Positions 29,019-43,328 are shown, counted from the stretch's first letter. The stretch is 64,000 bases of DNA from an uncultured Chloroflexia bacterium (GCA_963849335.1 CAWKGZ010000003.1:1132022-1196021), one strand, 5' to 3'. Made by a program: numbers and translations. The notes: generated from the letters alone by a model not told the origin.

Positions 29019-29118
29019 GATTAGCGGATTAATCCCCCCTCCTCCCATCATTTGCGTCCATTGCCGTCATTCGCGGATGATTTGCTGCGATAACAGCCGC
29101 AATCCCGGTGTGTTCAAA
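29019..29118 (+). repeat. ~100-bp direct repeat, copy B (right flank of the pentapeptide-repeat gene region)
   Basis: GATTAGCGGATTAATCCCCCC...CGTCATTCGCGGATGATTTGCTGCGATAACAGCCGCAATCCCGGTGTGTTCAAA, in the same orientation as 26937-27034. Related GATTAGCGGAT motifs also occur near 28745, 57487 and 61522. Confidence 0.8.
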
Positions 29119-29631
29119 AGCGAACACACCCTACCCCACTAACATTAAAACCCTCAATTTGGACTTGTGAAATCAGAACATTTGTGCTATAATACTCTCG
29201 GCCTGGCGAATCCATCCAGCGCCGGCCTACTAATTTATCCGCACACCCACAGTCAGGAGTATTTGCCCGTTGTCCACCCCGCCCGTTTTTCCAAGCATCG
29301 TCTTCAGCCTGCCTCCCGCCTTATTGCCCTCCTCTATTCGTTCCTTTGTTTTGTCCTCAGGTTTTTCTCGCCTCCCGCCTTACTACCCACCCGCATTTGT
29401 TTTATTAGTTCCCTCCAATCTGTCCTCTTGTGCCTCTTTCAAATCCCCACCTTGCGCCTCTACGGCTGCGCCCTCATTCGCTTAGATTAGTGATCCTTTC
29501 TCCGCGTTCTTTGCGTACTCTGCGGTAAACCGGTTTTTCTCTTCAAAAAAAGCTTCTCTGTGATCTCTGTGTGCTCTGTGGTGACCTGTTCTTTCCCCCC
29601 AATTTGTGTTTATAATACCCCTCACCCAACC

Positions 29632-30603
29632 ATGTACAGCCTATCGAAAATCCCACTCAGCGCCGCCATCGCCCAGGACATCGTCCGCCACCATTTTGGC
29701 GCGCAGCGCAAGCTCGCCGCCTTCGAGGAGCTGCACGAGGGCTATTTCAACGCCGCCGCCCGCCTCGAGCTGGATGACGGCTTTGCCTGCGTGCTCAAAG
29801 CAGCGCCCCTGGATGGCGTGAAAGGGCTGCGTTATGAGAAGGATATCTTGCGCGCCGAGGTGGAGTCCATGCGGCTGGTGCGCCAGCGCACGGATGTGCC
29901 CGTGGCGGAGATCTATGTGCACGACGCCGCGCGCCGCCTGCTGCCCAGCGCTTTTTTCATCATGCAGCTGTTGCCCGGCAGCCCGCTGCACAAGGTTCGC
30001 CGGCAGATCCCGCCGGAAGGGCAGATCGCCATCGAGCGCAGTCTGGGGCGCATGGCATTCGAAATCAGCCAGCTTACCCACGCTGTCTTTGGCTACTGGG
30101 CGCAGCCGCAGCCGCCCGGCGCCTCCTGGCGCGCAACCTTCCTGCAGATGCTCGATTGGGTCATCGCCGACGGCAAAGCCATCGACGTGAAGCTGCCCAT
30201 CCCCTACGATGACCTCCTCGCCCTCATGGCGCCCCACTTTCCCGCCCTGGACGAGGTCACCCTCCCCCGCCTGGTGCACTGGGACATCTGGGATGGCAAC
30301 GTCTTCGTCGACCCCACCACCTGCCAGGTCACCGGGCTGATCGACTTTGAGCGTGTCCTGTGGGGCGACCCGCTGCTCGAATCCTTCTTCGGCGACCGCA
30401 ACCCCCTCAGCCACTACGCCGGAGGCTTCGGGCATGGCGCGTTATCCACCCGCCCCCAGGTCCAGCGCCGCATGCTCTATAACACCTACCTGTGGCTGAT
30501 CATGATCATCGAGACCTTCTACCGTCAATACGACAACGACTGGCAGATCAATTGGGCTACCGCCCGCCTCCACGAAGAGATCCTCCTCCTCTCCCAATCC
30601 TGA
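29632..30603 (+). CDS. Phosphotransferase-family kinase (APH / choline-kinase-like fold)
   Basis: From MYSLSKIPLS (ATG 29632 within ORF 29560-30603). It has the Brenner-type catalytic block LVHWDIWDGNVFVDP and the downstream GLIDFERVLWGDPL, typical of aminoglycoside/ethanolamine phosphotransferase-like enzymes. The substrate cannot be inferred. Confidence 0.8.
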   Translation: MYSLSKIPLSAAIAQDIVRHHFGAQRKLAAFEELHEGYFNAAARLELDDGFACVLKAAPLDGVKGLRYEKDILRAEVESMRLVRQRTDVPVAEIYVHDAARRLLPSAFFIMQLLPGSPLHKVRRQIPPEGQIAIERSLGRMAFEISQLTHAVFGYWAQPQPPGASWRATFLQMLDWVIADGKAIDVKLPIPYDDLLALMAPHFPALDEVTLPRLVHWDIWDGNVFVDPTTCQVTGLIDFERVLWGDPLLESFFGDRNPLSHYAGGFGHGALSTRPQVQRRMLYNTYLWLIMIIETFYRQYDNDWQINWATARLHEEILLLSQS

Positions 30604-30678
30604 TCTCCCCACCAAAAACGATCACCGTCAGCTCAATATTGGCCAATCAAAAAAATTGATGCGCTGTCTTATTTTGTT

Positions 30679-31893
30679 CTACCGCTCCAAAGAAATTTCC
30701 GACAGTCCATAAAGAGGAATGCTCATCCTGATCCCATCCGGACGAACCGCGCTAATAAACCCCTCCTCCAGATATGCCTCACCCCGAAGCACCTGACCAT
30801 CAACCAGCGTGATCTCAACTGTCTGCCAGAATTTCGCGTATCGTTGGCTTAACAACCAGGAATTCTCACCAAAGAACTTCACCTGACGGACATCCTCCCA
30901 TGGAACCTCCCAGGGGCTGTCATTGATGCTCAGCTGAATGGATTCAACATTTGCAGTCTCGACGCCTAACCTTTCCCCCGCTGTGGTTGTACACGAGCCA
31001 ACCGTATCTGGATTCTCCAAAGCTAGATCGGGGGTAGCAGACCGGCTGAAGTCCACCCGAAAATTTCCCGTAGGGGCGATATGCCAGGTACCGAACGCAT
31101 TTTCACCCTGGAATGACATCATTGACCCCTCGGGCTTTAGCGCCCACGAGGTATGGAACTCACCCCGCAGGGTTTGCAGTCCAAGCCGCGGCGACTGGTA
31201 TTGAATACCATCTGCCCACGACATCGAGATCAGGGTTTCAAGTGGGATCTGGTACTCTATATATACATTTCCATCCTGTGTGACATTGACCCGCAGAACA
31301 TACTCAGTATCACTACCGTTTATACACTGCTGATACCCATTTACCGGCTCACCGGAAGGGGTGCAGTAACTCTGAATCACCTTCAATCCGTATAGCGGCA
31401 GACTCCCCGCAACCTCATCGTAGAATAAAGCTTCCACGCCCTGGGGCGGAACGTATCCAGCCTGACCGGGATCACAAGAGATGGCTGCCTCACGGATGTT
31501 TTTCCATTCAACCTGGTGGTCGCCCAGCTGGTTTGTGCCGTTCAAGCTGCCAGAAAGATAACCGGTGAGGGTGACGAAATCCCGCAATTGTATTTCGTGT
31601 AAATCGGTTCCCTGGACCAATATTGCTTTCTCGATCGCGGCTGGTTTCAGCTCCACAGCGCCGGCGCCAAATGTCTGGGGGATGAGGACCGAGACAAGCA
31701 ACCATTCGCTGGTGATCTCGGTCAGCTCAATCCGGCTTCCATCCAAGGTCAGCACGCTGGCAGAACAAAGTTGTTGTTCTGCTGCCTGGTTCGTCTCACC
31801 AGGGGTAAACCCACCCGACCCACAGGCTGAGAGCAGCGCAGGTAGCACTAGCAGAGTAAAGAGAAAGAATATATGACCAACCACTCGTTTCAT
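30679..31893 (-). CDS. Hypothetical lipoprotein
   Basis: ORF 30679-31947. The likely start is MKRVVGHIFFLFTLLVLPALLSACGSGG (lipobox LSAC). The rest is non-repetitive and protein-like with no family motif I recognise. Confidence 0.6.
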   Translation of the reverse strand: MKRVVGHIFFLFTLLVLPALLSACGSGGFTPGETNQAAEQQLCSASVLTLDGSRIELTEITSEWLLVSVLIPQTFGAGAVELKPAAIEKAILVQGTDLHEIQLRDFVTLTGYLSGSLNGTNQLGDHQVEWKNIREAAISCDPGQAGYVPPQGVEALFYDEVAGSLPLYGLKVIQSYCTPSGEPVNGYQQCINGSDTEYVLRVNVTQDGNVYIEYQIPLETLISMSWADGIQYQSPRLGLQTLRGEFHTSWALKPEGSMMSFQGENAFGTWHIAPTGNFRVDFSRSATPDLALENPDTVGSCTTTAGERLGVETANVESIQLSINDSPWEVPWEDVRQVKFFGENSWLLSQRYAKFWQTVEITLVDGQVLRGEAYLEEGFISAVRPDGIRMSIPLYGLSEISLER

Positions 31894-31971
31894 ATCCATG
31901 CTCCATTCCCCTGCCAGGTGATCCCCTTGCCCAGCCCATTGCTCCATTTGCCCCTTTCTGTTCCTGGCTTA

Positions 31972-35093
<3,122 letters not shown>

Positions 35094-35272
35094 AAGTGCC
35101 TCGGAGAAAAGTGATCAGTGAACAGTAATCAGTAGGTCGGATTTCTATATCCGACCGGTGAAGATATAATAATATTGCACGGTTATCTTAAGTGCAAACA
35201 TTGGAAACGTCAAGCGGATATTAAGGATGCAAACCATTCACACAATCATGAAAATAGCATTACAATAAAGCC

Positions 35273-35590
35273 ATGGATCACAGAAAAATCAAGATACCAA
35301 AATTCAGGCTGGCAAAATATTGCAGTAAGTGGAAAATCACTGAGCTGTCGTTATTTGGCTCTGTGTTACGGGATGATTTTAATCAAAACAGCGATATCGA
35401 TGTACTGGTAGTTTTTGCTGCAAATGCCCATTGGAGTCTTTTTGACCTGGTTAATGCGCAAACTGAACTGGAGCAGATCCTGGGCCGTCCGGTGGATTTA
35501 GTTGAGCGCCGGGCAGTTGAACGCAGTGAAAATTATATCCGCCGCAGGCATATCCTTGACACAGCGGAGACGGTTTATGTGGCGGGATGA
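35273..35590 (+). CDS. mntA: MNT-type nucleotidyltransferase antitoxin (type VII TA, MntA-like)
   Basis: 105-aa ORF with LFGSVLRDDFNQNSDIDVLVVF (the GS-x10-DxD minimal nucleotidyltransferase motif). It overlaps the downstream DUF86 gene by 14 nt. Confidence 0.85.
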   Translation: MDHRKIKIPKFRLAKYCSKWKITELSLFGSVLRDDFNQNSDIDVLVVFAANAHWSLFDLVNAQTELEQILGRPVDLVERRAVERSENYIRRRHILDTAETVYVAG

Positions 35591-35915
35591 TGCTTATATC
35601 CTGGATATGCTGCTTGCTTCCAGGAAGATTCTACGCTACTGCCAGGGTGTAGCCTGGGATGAATTTGAACGCCAGGAGGTCCTCCAGGATGCGGTATTGC
35701 GTTTAATTCAAATTATTGGCGAGGCAGCATGGAAATTATCGCCGGAATATCGAGATTCCCATCCTGATATCCCCTGGCAAGAGATCATCGGTATGCGCCA
35801 CCGCCTCGTTCACGAATACTTCCATATTGATCTGGAGCGCGTATGGGATGTAATCCAAAATGATATCCCTGGATTGATATCTCTGCTTGAGCCTCTTGTA
35901 CCGAAGGATATATAG
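35577..35915 (+). CDS. hepT: HepT-like (DUF86) RNase toxin
   Basis: From MWRDDAYILDML (ATG 35577 in ORF 35502-35915). It contains the RxxxH motif region GMRHRLVHEYFHIDLERVWDVI characteristic of HEPN/DUF86 toxins. Confidence 0.85.
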   Translation: MWRDDAYILDMLLASRKILRYCQGVAWDEFERQEVLQDAVLRLIQIIGEAAWKLSPEYRDSHPDIPWQEIIGMRHRLVHEYFHIDLERVWDVIQNDIPGLISLLEPLVPKDI

Positions 35916-35918
35916 AGA

Positions 35919-36896
35919 TTACGGTTCACACAGCCGCTGAGACACTCCTGGCGCGGTGTTGATCTCTTCTATTCTCCAACCCAGTCCTTCGATCTCCTGG
36001 TTTAGCACCATGAATCGCAAGTTCTCGCCCTCAGGGATGGTCGGCATGTGCGGATCATAGAATTGGAAATCTATACTGGCTGCATACACTGGCAGACAGC
36101 TGCCCAGAGCAGGATTTAATTTCCTGATGCTTAGCAGCGTTGCACTCTCGATGTTATCAATCCAAAAGGTATACGACGCCTGCTCTTGCAGGTTGAATAA
36201 CGATTGGGCATCCTTGTTGCTGAACAGGTCGTAGGTGAAACTGCGGCGCGAGCGGAGTGCATTCACCATTTGGTAGTCATGGGCATTCAAGGCTGTGTAA
36301 TACAGGGTGATGATCTCTTCCGGGGTCTTGGCGGCTAACTCGGTATCCAATGGGTGGGTAAGATCTACCACCCCTGAAGCTACCAACCACTCTCTCCATG
36401 CCGGGCTTTCAAGATCGGCGATCATCTGGCGATCCAACGAACAGGCAAATCCAACGGCTTTTTCTATCCAGGCGCCGATGATCTCGTCCTCAACCGTGAT
36501 GATCACTGCCCGCGCTTCTTCATAAGGTAAAAACACATCCGGTAGAGGCTCATTCAGGATGTAGATGGAGGCCTGAACGGTTTGTCCCAGGTAGGGTGCG
36601 AGATCCAACCCAATAGCCTGGTTCAGGGTGTTGTTGTACGCCCAATAAATAGCATACGGAAATTCTCCTGCAGCATGCTGTAAGCTGCCAGGAAGGTTGA
36701 CCGTGTGTGCAGCCAACAAATGATTAATGGTCCAGCCATACTGGCTGAGCAGCTGCTCAACTTTTAGCTCCAACCCAGGAGTGGCAGTGGGTTGTGTTGA
36801 AGCAGATACCGTAGATTCATTCTCCGGTGCAGCGCTTTCGCAACCTACCAACAGGAAACTCAGGATGCTGATTCCCATGATCACAGTTCTTATCAT
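35919..36896 (-). CDS. Hypothetical lipoprotein
   Basis: ORF 35919-37061. The likely start is MIRTVIMGISILSFLLVGCESAAP (lipobox LVGC) at 36896. The upstream part of the ORF overlaps the lyase gene and is Arg/Cys-rich junk. No family is recognised. Confidence 0.6.
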   Translation of the reverse strand: MIRTVIMGISILSFLLVGCESAAPENESTVSASTQPTATPGLELKVEQLLSQYGWTINHLLAAHTVNLPGSLQHAAGEFPYAIYWAYNNTLNQAIGLDLAPYLGQTVQASIYILNEPLPDVFLPYEEARAVIITVEDEIIGAWIEKAVGFACSLDRQMIADLESPAWREWLVASGVVDLTHPLDTELAAKTPEEIITLYYTALNAHDYQMVNALRSRRSFTYDLFSNKDAQSLFNLQEQASYTFWIDNIESATLLSIRKLNPALGSCLPVYAASIDFQFYDPHMPTIPEGENLRFMVLNQEIEGLGWRIEEINTAPGVSQRLCEP

Positions 36897-36945
36897 CGTA
36901 ACTATTCCTCCCCTTCTGGAAATCTGCGAAATCTGTGGATAAGCT

Positions 36946-38325
36946 CTAAACCACCTCAAACCGCGCCGTGAAATGCCGCAGCAGCTTGGGGGCGTAGGTG
37001 AAGCGCACCCCGCGCAGCTCGGCTTTACGCGCTGCGATCCGCCCGCACACCTCCACCACATAATCCATGTGCGACTGGGTGTACACCCGGCGCGGGATCG
37101 CCAGCCGCACCAGCTCCAGCGCCGGGTAGACCATCTCCCCGGTCTCGGGGGAGGGGTGGGCGAACATCACCGAGCCGATCTCGCTGGCGCGGATGCCGCC
37201 TTCGCGGTACAGCTCGACGGACAGCGCCTGCCCGGGGAACTGCGCCTGGGGAATGTGCGGCAGCAGCTGCCCGGCGTCGATGTAGATGGCATGCCCGCCC
37301 GGCGGCTCGACGATGGGGATGCCGGCTTCGAGCAGCCGCTCGCCCAGGTAGCTGGTCTGGTCCAGGCGGTAAGCCAGGTAGCTCTCGTCCAGCCCTTCCC
37401 ACAGCCCGGTCGCCATCGCATCCAGGTCGCGGCCGGCCAGCCCGCCGTAGGTGGGGAAGCCCTCGCGCAGGATCAGCTCATTGCAGGCGCGCTGGTACAG
37501 GCTCTCATCGTTCATGCACAGGAAGCCGCCGATGTTGACGATGGCATCTTTCTTGGCGGACATGGTGCAGCCATCCGCCAGGGCGAACATCTCGCGGGCG
37601 ATCTCCAGTGTGGGTCTTATTTTCATAGCCCGGCTCGCGCAGCTTGATGAAGTAGGCATTCTCGGCAAAGCGGCAGGCGTCGATGAAGAAGGGGATGCCG
37701 AATTCGTGGTAGGTATCTGCCACCTGGCGCAGGTTCGCCATCGAAACCGGCTGACCGCCGCCGGCGTTGTTGGTGATGGTGATCATCCCCAGCGGGATGT
37801 TTCCTGGGCCCGGTCTCGACGATGAACTGGCGCAGTTTGGCGATGTCCATGTTGCCCTTGAAGGGGATGCGCAGCTTTGGGTCGGCGGCGGCATCGATGA
37901 TCAGGTTGACCGGGCTCCCGCCGCGGGCGCTGATGTTGGCGAAGGTGGTGTCGAAGTGCATGTTGGACGGCACCGATTTGCCCGGCGCCGACCAGCAGGG
38001 CGCTCAGGATGTTCTCGGCGGCGCGGCCCTGGTGGGTGGGCACGAAGTACTTGAACCCGAAGATCTGTCCGATGGCCTCTTTCAGCCGGAAGAAGGAGCG
38101 TGCCCCGGCATAGGACTCGTCGCCCTGCATGATCGCCGCCCACTGCGCCTGGCTCATCGCGCCGGTGCCTGAGTCGGTCAGCAGATCGATGAAGACATCC
38201 TCGGCGCGTAAGTTGAAGCAGTTGAAGCCGGCGGCTTGCAGGGCCTGCTCGCGTGCCTGGCGGTCGATCAGGCGGATCGGTTCAACCATTTTGATGCGGA
38301 AGGGTTCAGGGGGATAGGCGGGCAT
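36946..38325 (-). CDS. Beta-eliminating lyase (tryptophanase / tyrosine phenol-lyase family); at least three frameshifts (~37980, ~37805, ~37620)
   Basis: Four frame segments join to [29 protein letters not shown]...[12 protein letters not shown]...[15 protein letters not shown] | [15 protein letters not shown]...[14 protein letters not shown] | [28 protein letters not shown]...[16 protein letters not shown] | ...[19 protein letters not shown] (PLP-Lys region)...[13 protein letters not shown]. Confidence 0.8.
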
Positions 38326-38421
38326 GAGGTCTCCGGGATAGGGGATAGGGGTTGTTGGTAGGATGTTTGATTATTGAGTTTAACACGGAAAATGTAAAAT
38401 TCCAAGGATACGCCGGGGTGG

Positions 38422-38459
38422 AAAAAACCGGTGAGGTCTGCGAGACCTCACCGGTTTTG
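38422..38459. terminator. Bidirectional intrinsic-terminator-like hairpin (13-bp perfect stem flanked by an A-run and a T-run)
   Basis: GAAAAAACCGGTGAGGTCT-GCG-AGACCTCACCGGTTTT. It lies ~55 nt downstream of the corrected aldo-keto reductase stop on the minus strand. Confidence 0.7.
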
Positions 38460-38512
38460 TGGGGGAGCCTGCTTCAGCGGGCGTGGTGCCCAAGCCCGGT
38501 GCGTTCAGCCGA

Positions 38513-39389
<877 letters not shown>

Positions 39390-39776
39390 TTAATGGTGTT
39401 GCTCTGGGGTAAGCAGCCGGGTGAACGAGAGCGAGGCTAACTTCCAGGTGCCGCTTTGCTGCACATACACTTCTGTCACCATGAAGGGATTGGTGACCTC
39501 ATTGCCGCCAACCACGGCTAGCAGCGTAATTCTGTTTAAAAGGATGGCAGTTGCGCCAATGATATTCACCGACACTTCATGGATGTCCGCTTGCTTATAG
39601 TGAATTCCGCCGCTCTTGATAATCTCAAGTTCCTGTTCTTTTCCCCAGGATCCGCCCATATGGACAAAGACAGCCTTTTCATGGAAGAGAGCGTCCAGGG
39701 AATCTACATTGCGCTCTGACATCCAGCGCCATTTCTCTTTAGAGAGATTGATTACTTCTTGTTCCGAAATTTTCAT
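39390..39776 (-). CDS. NTF2-like / DUF4440-type small protein
   Basis: From MKISEQEVINLSKEKWRWMSERNVDSLDALFHEKAVFVHMGG...TEVYVQQSGTWKLASLSFTRL. The size and pattern fit SnoaL/DUF4440 folds. Confidence 0.6.
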   Translation of the reverse strand: MKISEQEVINLSKEKWRWMSERNVDSLDALFHEKAVFVHMGGSWGKEQELEIIKSGGIHYKQADIHEVSVNIIGATAILLNRITLLAVVGGNEVTNPFMVTEVYVQQSGTWKLASLSFTRLLTPEQHH

Positions 39777-39975
39777 ATACCACCTCGAACGAGAGTCTAC
39801 CACCTGGAGGCGACTCCAGGTCAAGGGTATTGCATGTGCGTTCGAGGAGGAATTTATAATACACAGGTTATTATCTCGCGAAAGCGGGGCTAATATCTGC
39901 TCGAAACGTACCTGGGCCGCGGCAACGCCCTCTCGCTGTCATTGCCGCAAGATCTCCTATGAGTAGAAATCGGGC

Positions 39976-41668
39976 TCAGGGAGTTCCATACAATTGAACC
40001 TGTCCCCCATAAAACTCGCTCGTCCGGATCAATTCCATTTGCGATGCAAGCGTTTGCGGGATGAGCCCCATTGGATCCGTATACGAGTCATGGCTGTAAA
40101 CCAGCCAGAACTCTGTCATGCCCACTCACCAAAGAGATTAACTTGGGTATATCGTTTACCGTCATCTCGGGTTCCGGGATACCACTATCGAAAAGATCTA
40201 GAGGAACCCCCTGTTTTTCTACCTGGATATAACCCAGGATTTCATAGCTTCTAAAATAATAGTTGAACGGGATTTCCACAAAATTGGAGTTGAAAAGAAC
40301 CAAATCATCGTCTTCACCAAAATTCGCCACATAACCGGCAGCGGCGCTCCAATCCTCTTTTTGGTAAAACCGGTAATAATCGACGGTAGAAAACAGGTTG
40401 ATGGTACCTAAACTTCCCAGCACCAGGATCACCAGAGTACGAAATTTGAATTGAGTGACACCAGCCGCCAGTACCAGATACATGGGTATCGTTGTCCAGA
40501 TCAGGGTTCGATCGAAAAAGATAGGCCGGCGAATGCTCACGATCAGCTCGCCCAGGAAGGGGATAGCAAACAGGGCAGCCAGAAATAAGAATTGAGAGAA
40601 TTTTTTCCGAAAATATACCAGCCCTAAACATAGCACCAGCACGTACAAGATCCAGATCCCCCTGGCCAGGTTGGCTGGAAGTGGCGCAGATGGATTCAAA
40701 AAGGATTTAAGCACCTGGATCACGGCGTCCCAAGTTGGTTCAGGAATCCAAAATCTCTGATAGACTGCGCTGGCTTGCTTGATAAAGAAATATATCCATG
40801 GACTCCAAAGTATGAAGATGCCAATCTGAGCCTTCACCCAGTTCCAAAAAGAGGGGGCCTGGAAGGCGGGTAGAGGTCCCGATTTCTTATTCCTTTGATA
40901 AAGCATCAGACCAAGAACGAAGATATTGGTAGCCAAAGGGAAAAGGACAGCCGTATTGTGGCTGAGCAGCGTCGCAGCCGAGAACACGATGAATGCAACC
41001 CAGGCCAGGTCCGTCTCAATGGCCTGGATGGGTAACCAACGATGGCGGAAAAACCATCCCCTCCATCCGGATTGATCGTGGCTGTAATCCTTATAGCTGA
41101 ACTCTGCATTGGTGTCTGGTTCAACTGGCCCAGCGGTACGCCAGGCATGCAGATATTCCCGAAATTGGCTGCCGATCGGCCTGACAGAGCGTGAATCCGT
41201 AAGCAGCCTGACCAGTGCATAAATCGCCACCGCCGCATTGAACGTCAGAAGGGTGTACATGCGCGTTTCCTGGGCAAAGAAGATGTTGAAAAGCGAAAGA
41301 GCCAGGAGCACTGATGCCACCAATCCCATCACTGCACCAGAAATGCGTTTGCCGATCAGGTAAATTATTGGGATTGTGCCTACACCGAAGAGTGTAGAAA
41401 GCAGACGGACAGTATAAGGCGTATCTCCTTTGAGCGCCATCCAGTAATGGAGCAGGAGGTAATAAAGGGGTGGATGTTGGTCAATCTTGACCGTCCAGTG
41501 CAGCAACTCAACAACACTATGGTTGGCCAGCCACACGCTGAACGTTTCATCCAACCACATCCCTTTACTCCCGAGTAGAAAAACTCGTAGAAAACCACCC
41601 ACCAATGCGATGATGATCACCAACCAGGGCGCAATCTCTTCAATATCGATTTCTTCGTTCATCGTCAC
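39976..41668 (-). CDS. Polytopic membrane glycosyltransferase (GT39/ArnT/PMT_2-like); one frameshift near ~40115
   Basis: ORF 40088-41668 has ~11 hydrophobic helices and the N-terminal loop GMWLDETFSVWLA (a DE-containing loop typical of the family). The ORF ends ...SGHDRVLAGLQP, but a frame change gives FWLVYSHDSYTDPMGLIPQTLASQMELIRTSEFYGGQVQLYGTP, ending at 39978-39976. Confidence 0.75.
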
Positions 41669-41672
41669 TAAC

Positions 41673-42317
41673 CTAAGCCGTCCTGATCACTTTCAAAGAT
41701 GCTACTTTCCTCACCCCTTTGTCATTCGCCGCAAAGTCTTCTAGCTCAGTCAAATAATACATGAATCCATCTGGACCATACTTCTTTTCCGACCCATTCA
41801 CATAGTCATCTTCAATCGCGGCCCAGACAACTTTCCCAATAACTAAGGCGGATATCCCTTTCCTCGAAAGATCTATCTGCGAGTCAAAAATACATTCCAA
41901 CGAAAGAAATGCCTCCCGAATGCGAGGCACATTAATACAGTGTCCTGGCTCAGAGGTGAACCCACCAATAGCTATCTCATCTGTATCTTCTGCGTTATTA
42001 AATACTGTCTCATAACACGCATCAAAATATCGAACACTCAGAAAGTTAATACAAAATTCGTTTGTCCGCAGTATGTTGTGATACGTATGCGTTTTCTGGA
42101 GAAGCGGCGTAAGCGCAAAATAGCCGCCACTGTCTCCACAAAACGAACTCCATGACTGAAAACAAGCATTCGGCTTACCATTCTCTTTAACTGTGGTGAT
42201 TAGAAACAGGGAATGGGGTATCCCCAAGACTGACTCATAACGAGAGAACACATCGAACTCTCCTGGCCACTTCTCGATAGAATTAATCGGCCGGCTATCA
42301 CCTATTTCAATTTTCAT
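41673..42317 (-). CDS. Flavin reductase-like (FMN-binding split-barrel) protein
   Basis: 214-aa ORF: ...LFLITTVKENGKPNACFQSWSSFCGDSGGYFALTPLLQKTHTYHNILRTNEFCINFL..., which fits the Flavin_Reduct domain pattern. Confidence 0.7.
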   Translation of the reverse strand: MKIEIGDSRPINSIEKWPGEFDVFSRYESVLGIPHSLFLITTVKENGKPNACFQSWSSFCGDSGGYFALTPLLQKTHTYHNILRTNEFCINFLSVRYFDACYETVFNNAEDTDEIAIGGFTSEPGHCINVPRIREAFLSLECIFDSQIDLSRKGISALVIGKVVWAAIEDDYVNGSEKKYGPDGFMYYLTELEDFAANDKGVRKVASLKVIRTA

Positions 42318-42587
42318 GACATGTTCCTATTCTGCGAGCAACCCAACGATGAATTATCCAGACTTCCGCTATACAGCACCGTAACGGTAATTTTACACCG
42401 AACTGCTTACAGCGCACGATTTGCTGCCTACTCCTTGCTCACCGACGACCGCAGGTTTTGTGGGTGAGCCCGCTGCAGCAGGCGCCGAACCCAGCCCGGG
42501 CGTTTACACCCGGTGCGCCGCCGCTCTGCGCCCTCTGCAGCTTCGGGGTGAGAGTTATTTTTACCCGTTCCAGTTATAATACCCTCC

Positions 42588-43328
42588 ATGAACATTCGCA
42601 CCATCCGCCGTGTGCTGTTGGGTTTGCTACTGCTGGCCTCCCTGGTGCTGCTTGTTTGGGGCGCCTGGCCGGGTGGCGAGCAGGCCAAAAAGCAGATCAT
42701 CTCCCGTACGGAGATGCAGCTCACCACCCAACCCGAGCAGCCGGGTATCCAGCCCCCGGCAGTGCCGGAAGAGCGTCTGTTGACCTTGGAATGGCCAGCT
42801 GTTTTGCGCCAGGGGGATGAAAACCGCTTCGTCCAGCTGACCCTGGCGGTGGCTGAGAATGGCGCGGTCACACCGACCCTGTCTGCGGCGGGGGATGAGA
42901 CCAGCCAAGAGCCTGTGCTGATCCCCAATGTCTACGACACGCACAACGTGATGGCAGAGGCGCGGCTGGATATTGCTGGGCTGGCGGTGGCGCCGGACGA
43001 CCTGACCAGCCTGTCGCTGCGCCCGGGTGAAACGGTGCTGTTTCGCTGGAACGTGCATGCTGCTCAGATCGGCACCTACCGCGGCACGGTGTGGCTCTAC
43101 CTGCGCTACCTGCCGCTGGACGGCGGGTCGGAAAGCCGGGATGCGCTCAAGGCGATGGATATCGATATCAGGACGGTCAATTTTCTGGGGATTGGCGGAC
43201 CGGCAGCGCGCCTGATGGGTGTGATGGGTATGATCACCTGCGGCTTGTTTGGAATCAGTGACCTGGTGCGCGGCGTGAGCTGGCTGCGCCGGCGGGTGTG
43301 GAGGAAGGGGCAGCATGATGCAAATTGA
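42588..43328 (+). CDS. Hypothetical membrane protein (N- and C-terminal TM segments)
   Basis: 246-aa ORF. It has N-terminal RRVLLGLLLLASLVLLVWGAW and C-terminal LMGVMGMITCGLFGISDLV. It overlaps the MBL hydrolase start by 14 nt. No family is recognised. Confidence 0.5.
   Translation: MNIRTIRRVLLGLLLLASLVLLVWGAWPGGEQAKKQIISRTEMQLTTQPEQPGIQPPAVPEERLLTLEWPAVLRQGDENRFVQLTLAVAENGAVTPTLSAAGDETSQEPVLIPNVYDTHNVMAEARLDIAGLAVAPDDLTSLSLRPGETVLFRWNVHAAQIGTYRGTVWLYLRYLPLDGGSESRDALKAMDIDIRTVNFLGIGGPAARLMGVMGMITCGLFGISDLVRGVSWLRRRVWRKGQHDAN

Noticed and set aside
26937-29118. Integrated mobile element or prophage carrying the pentapeptide gene
   Set aside because: Direct repeats are present, but there is no integrase, transposase or tRNA-adjacent att site. 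I report it only as a repeat-bracketed cassette.
28383-29560. Several 60-107-aa ORFs (28649-28837, 28668-28880, 28744-28971, 28769-29014, 29167-29490, 29270-29485)
   Set aside because: They overlap each other in different frames within a spacer made of dispersed repeats and a polypyrimidine tract. They have no RBS and no protein-like composition.
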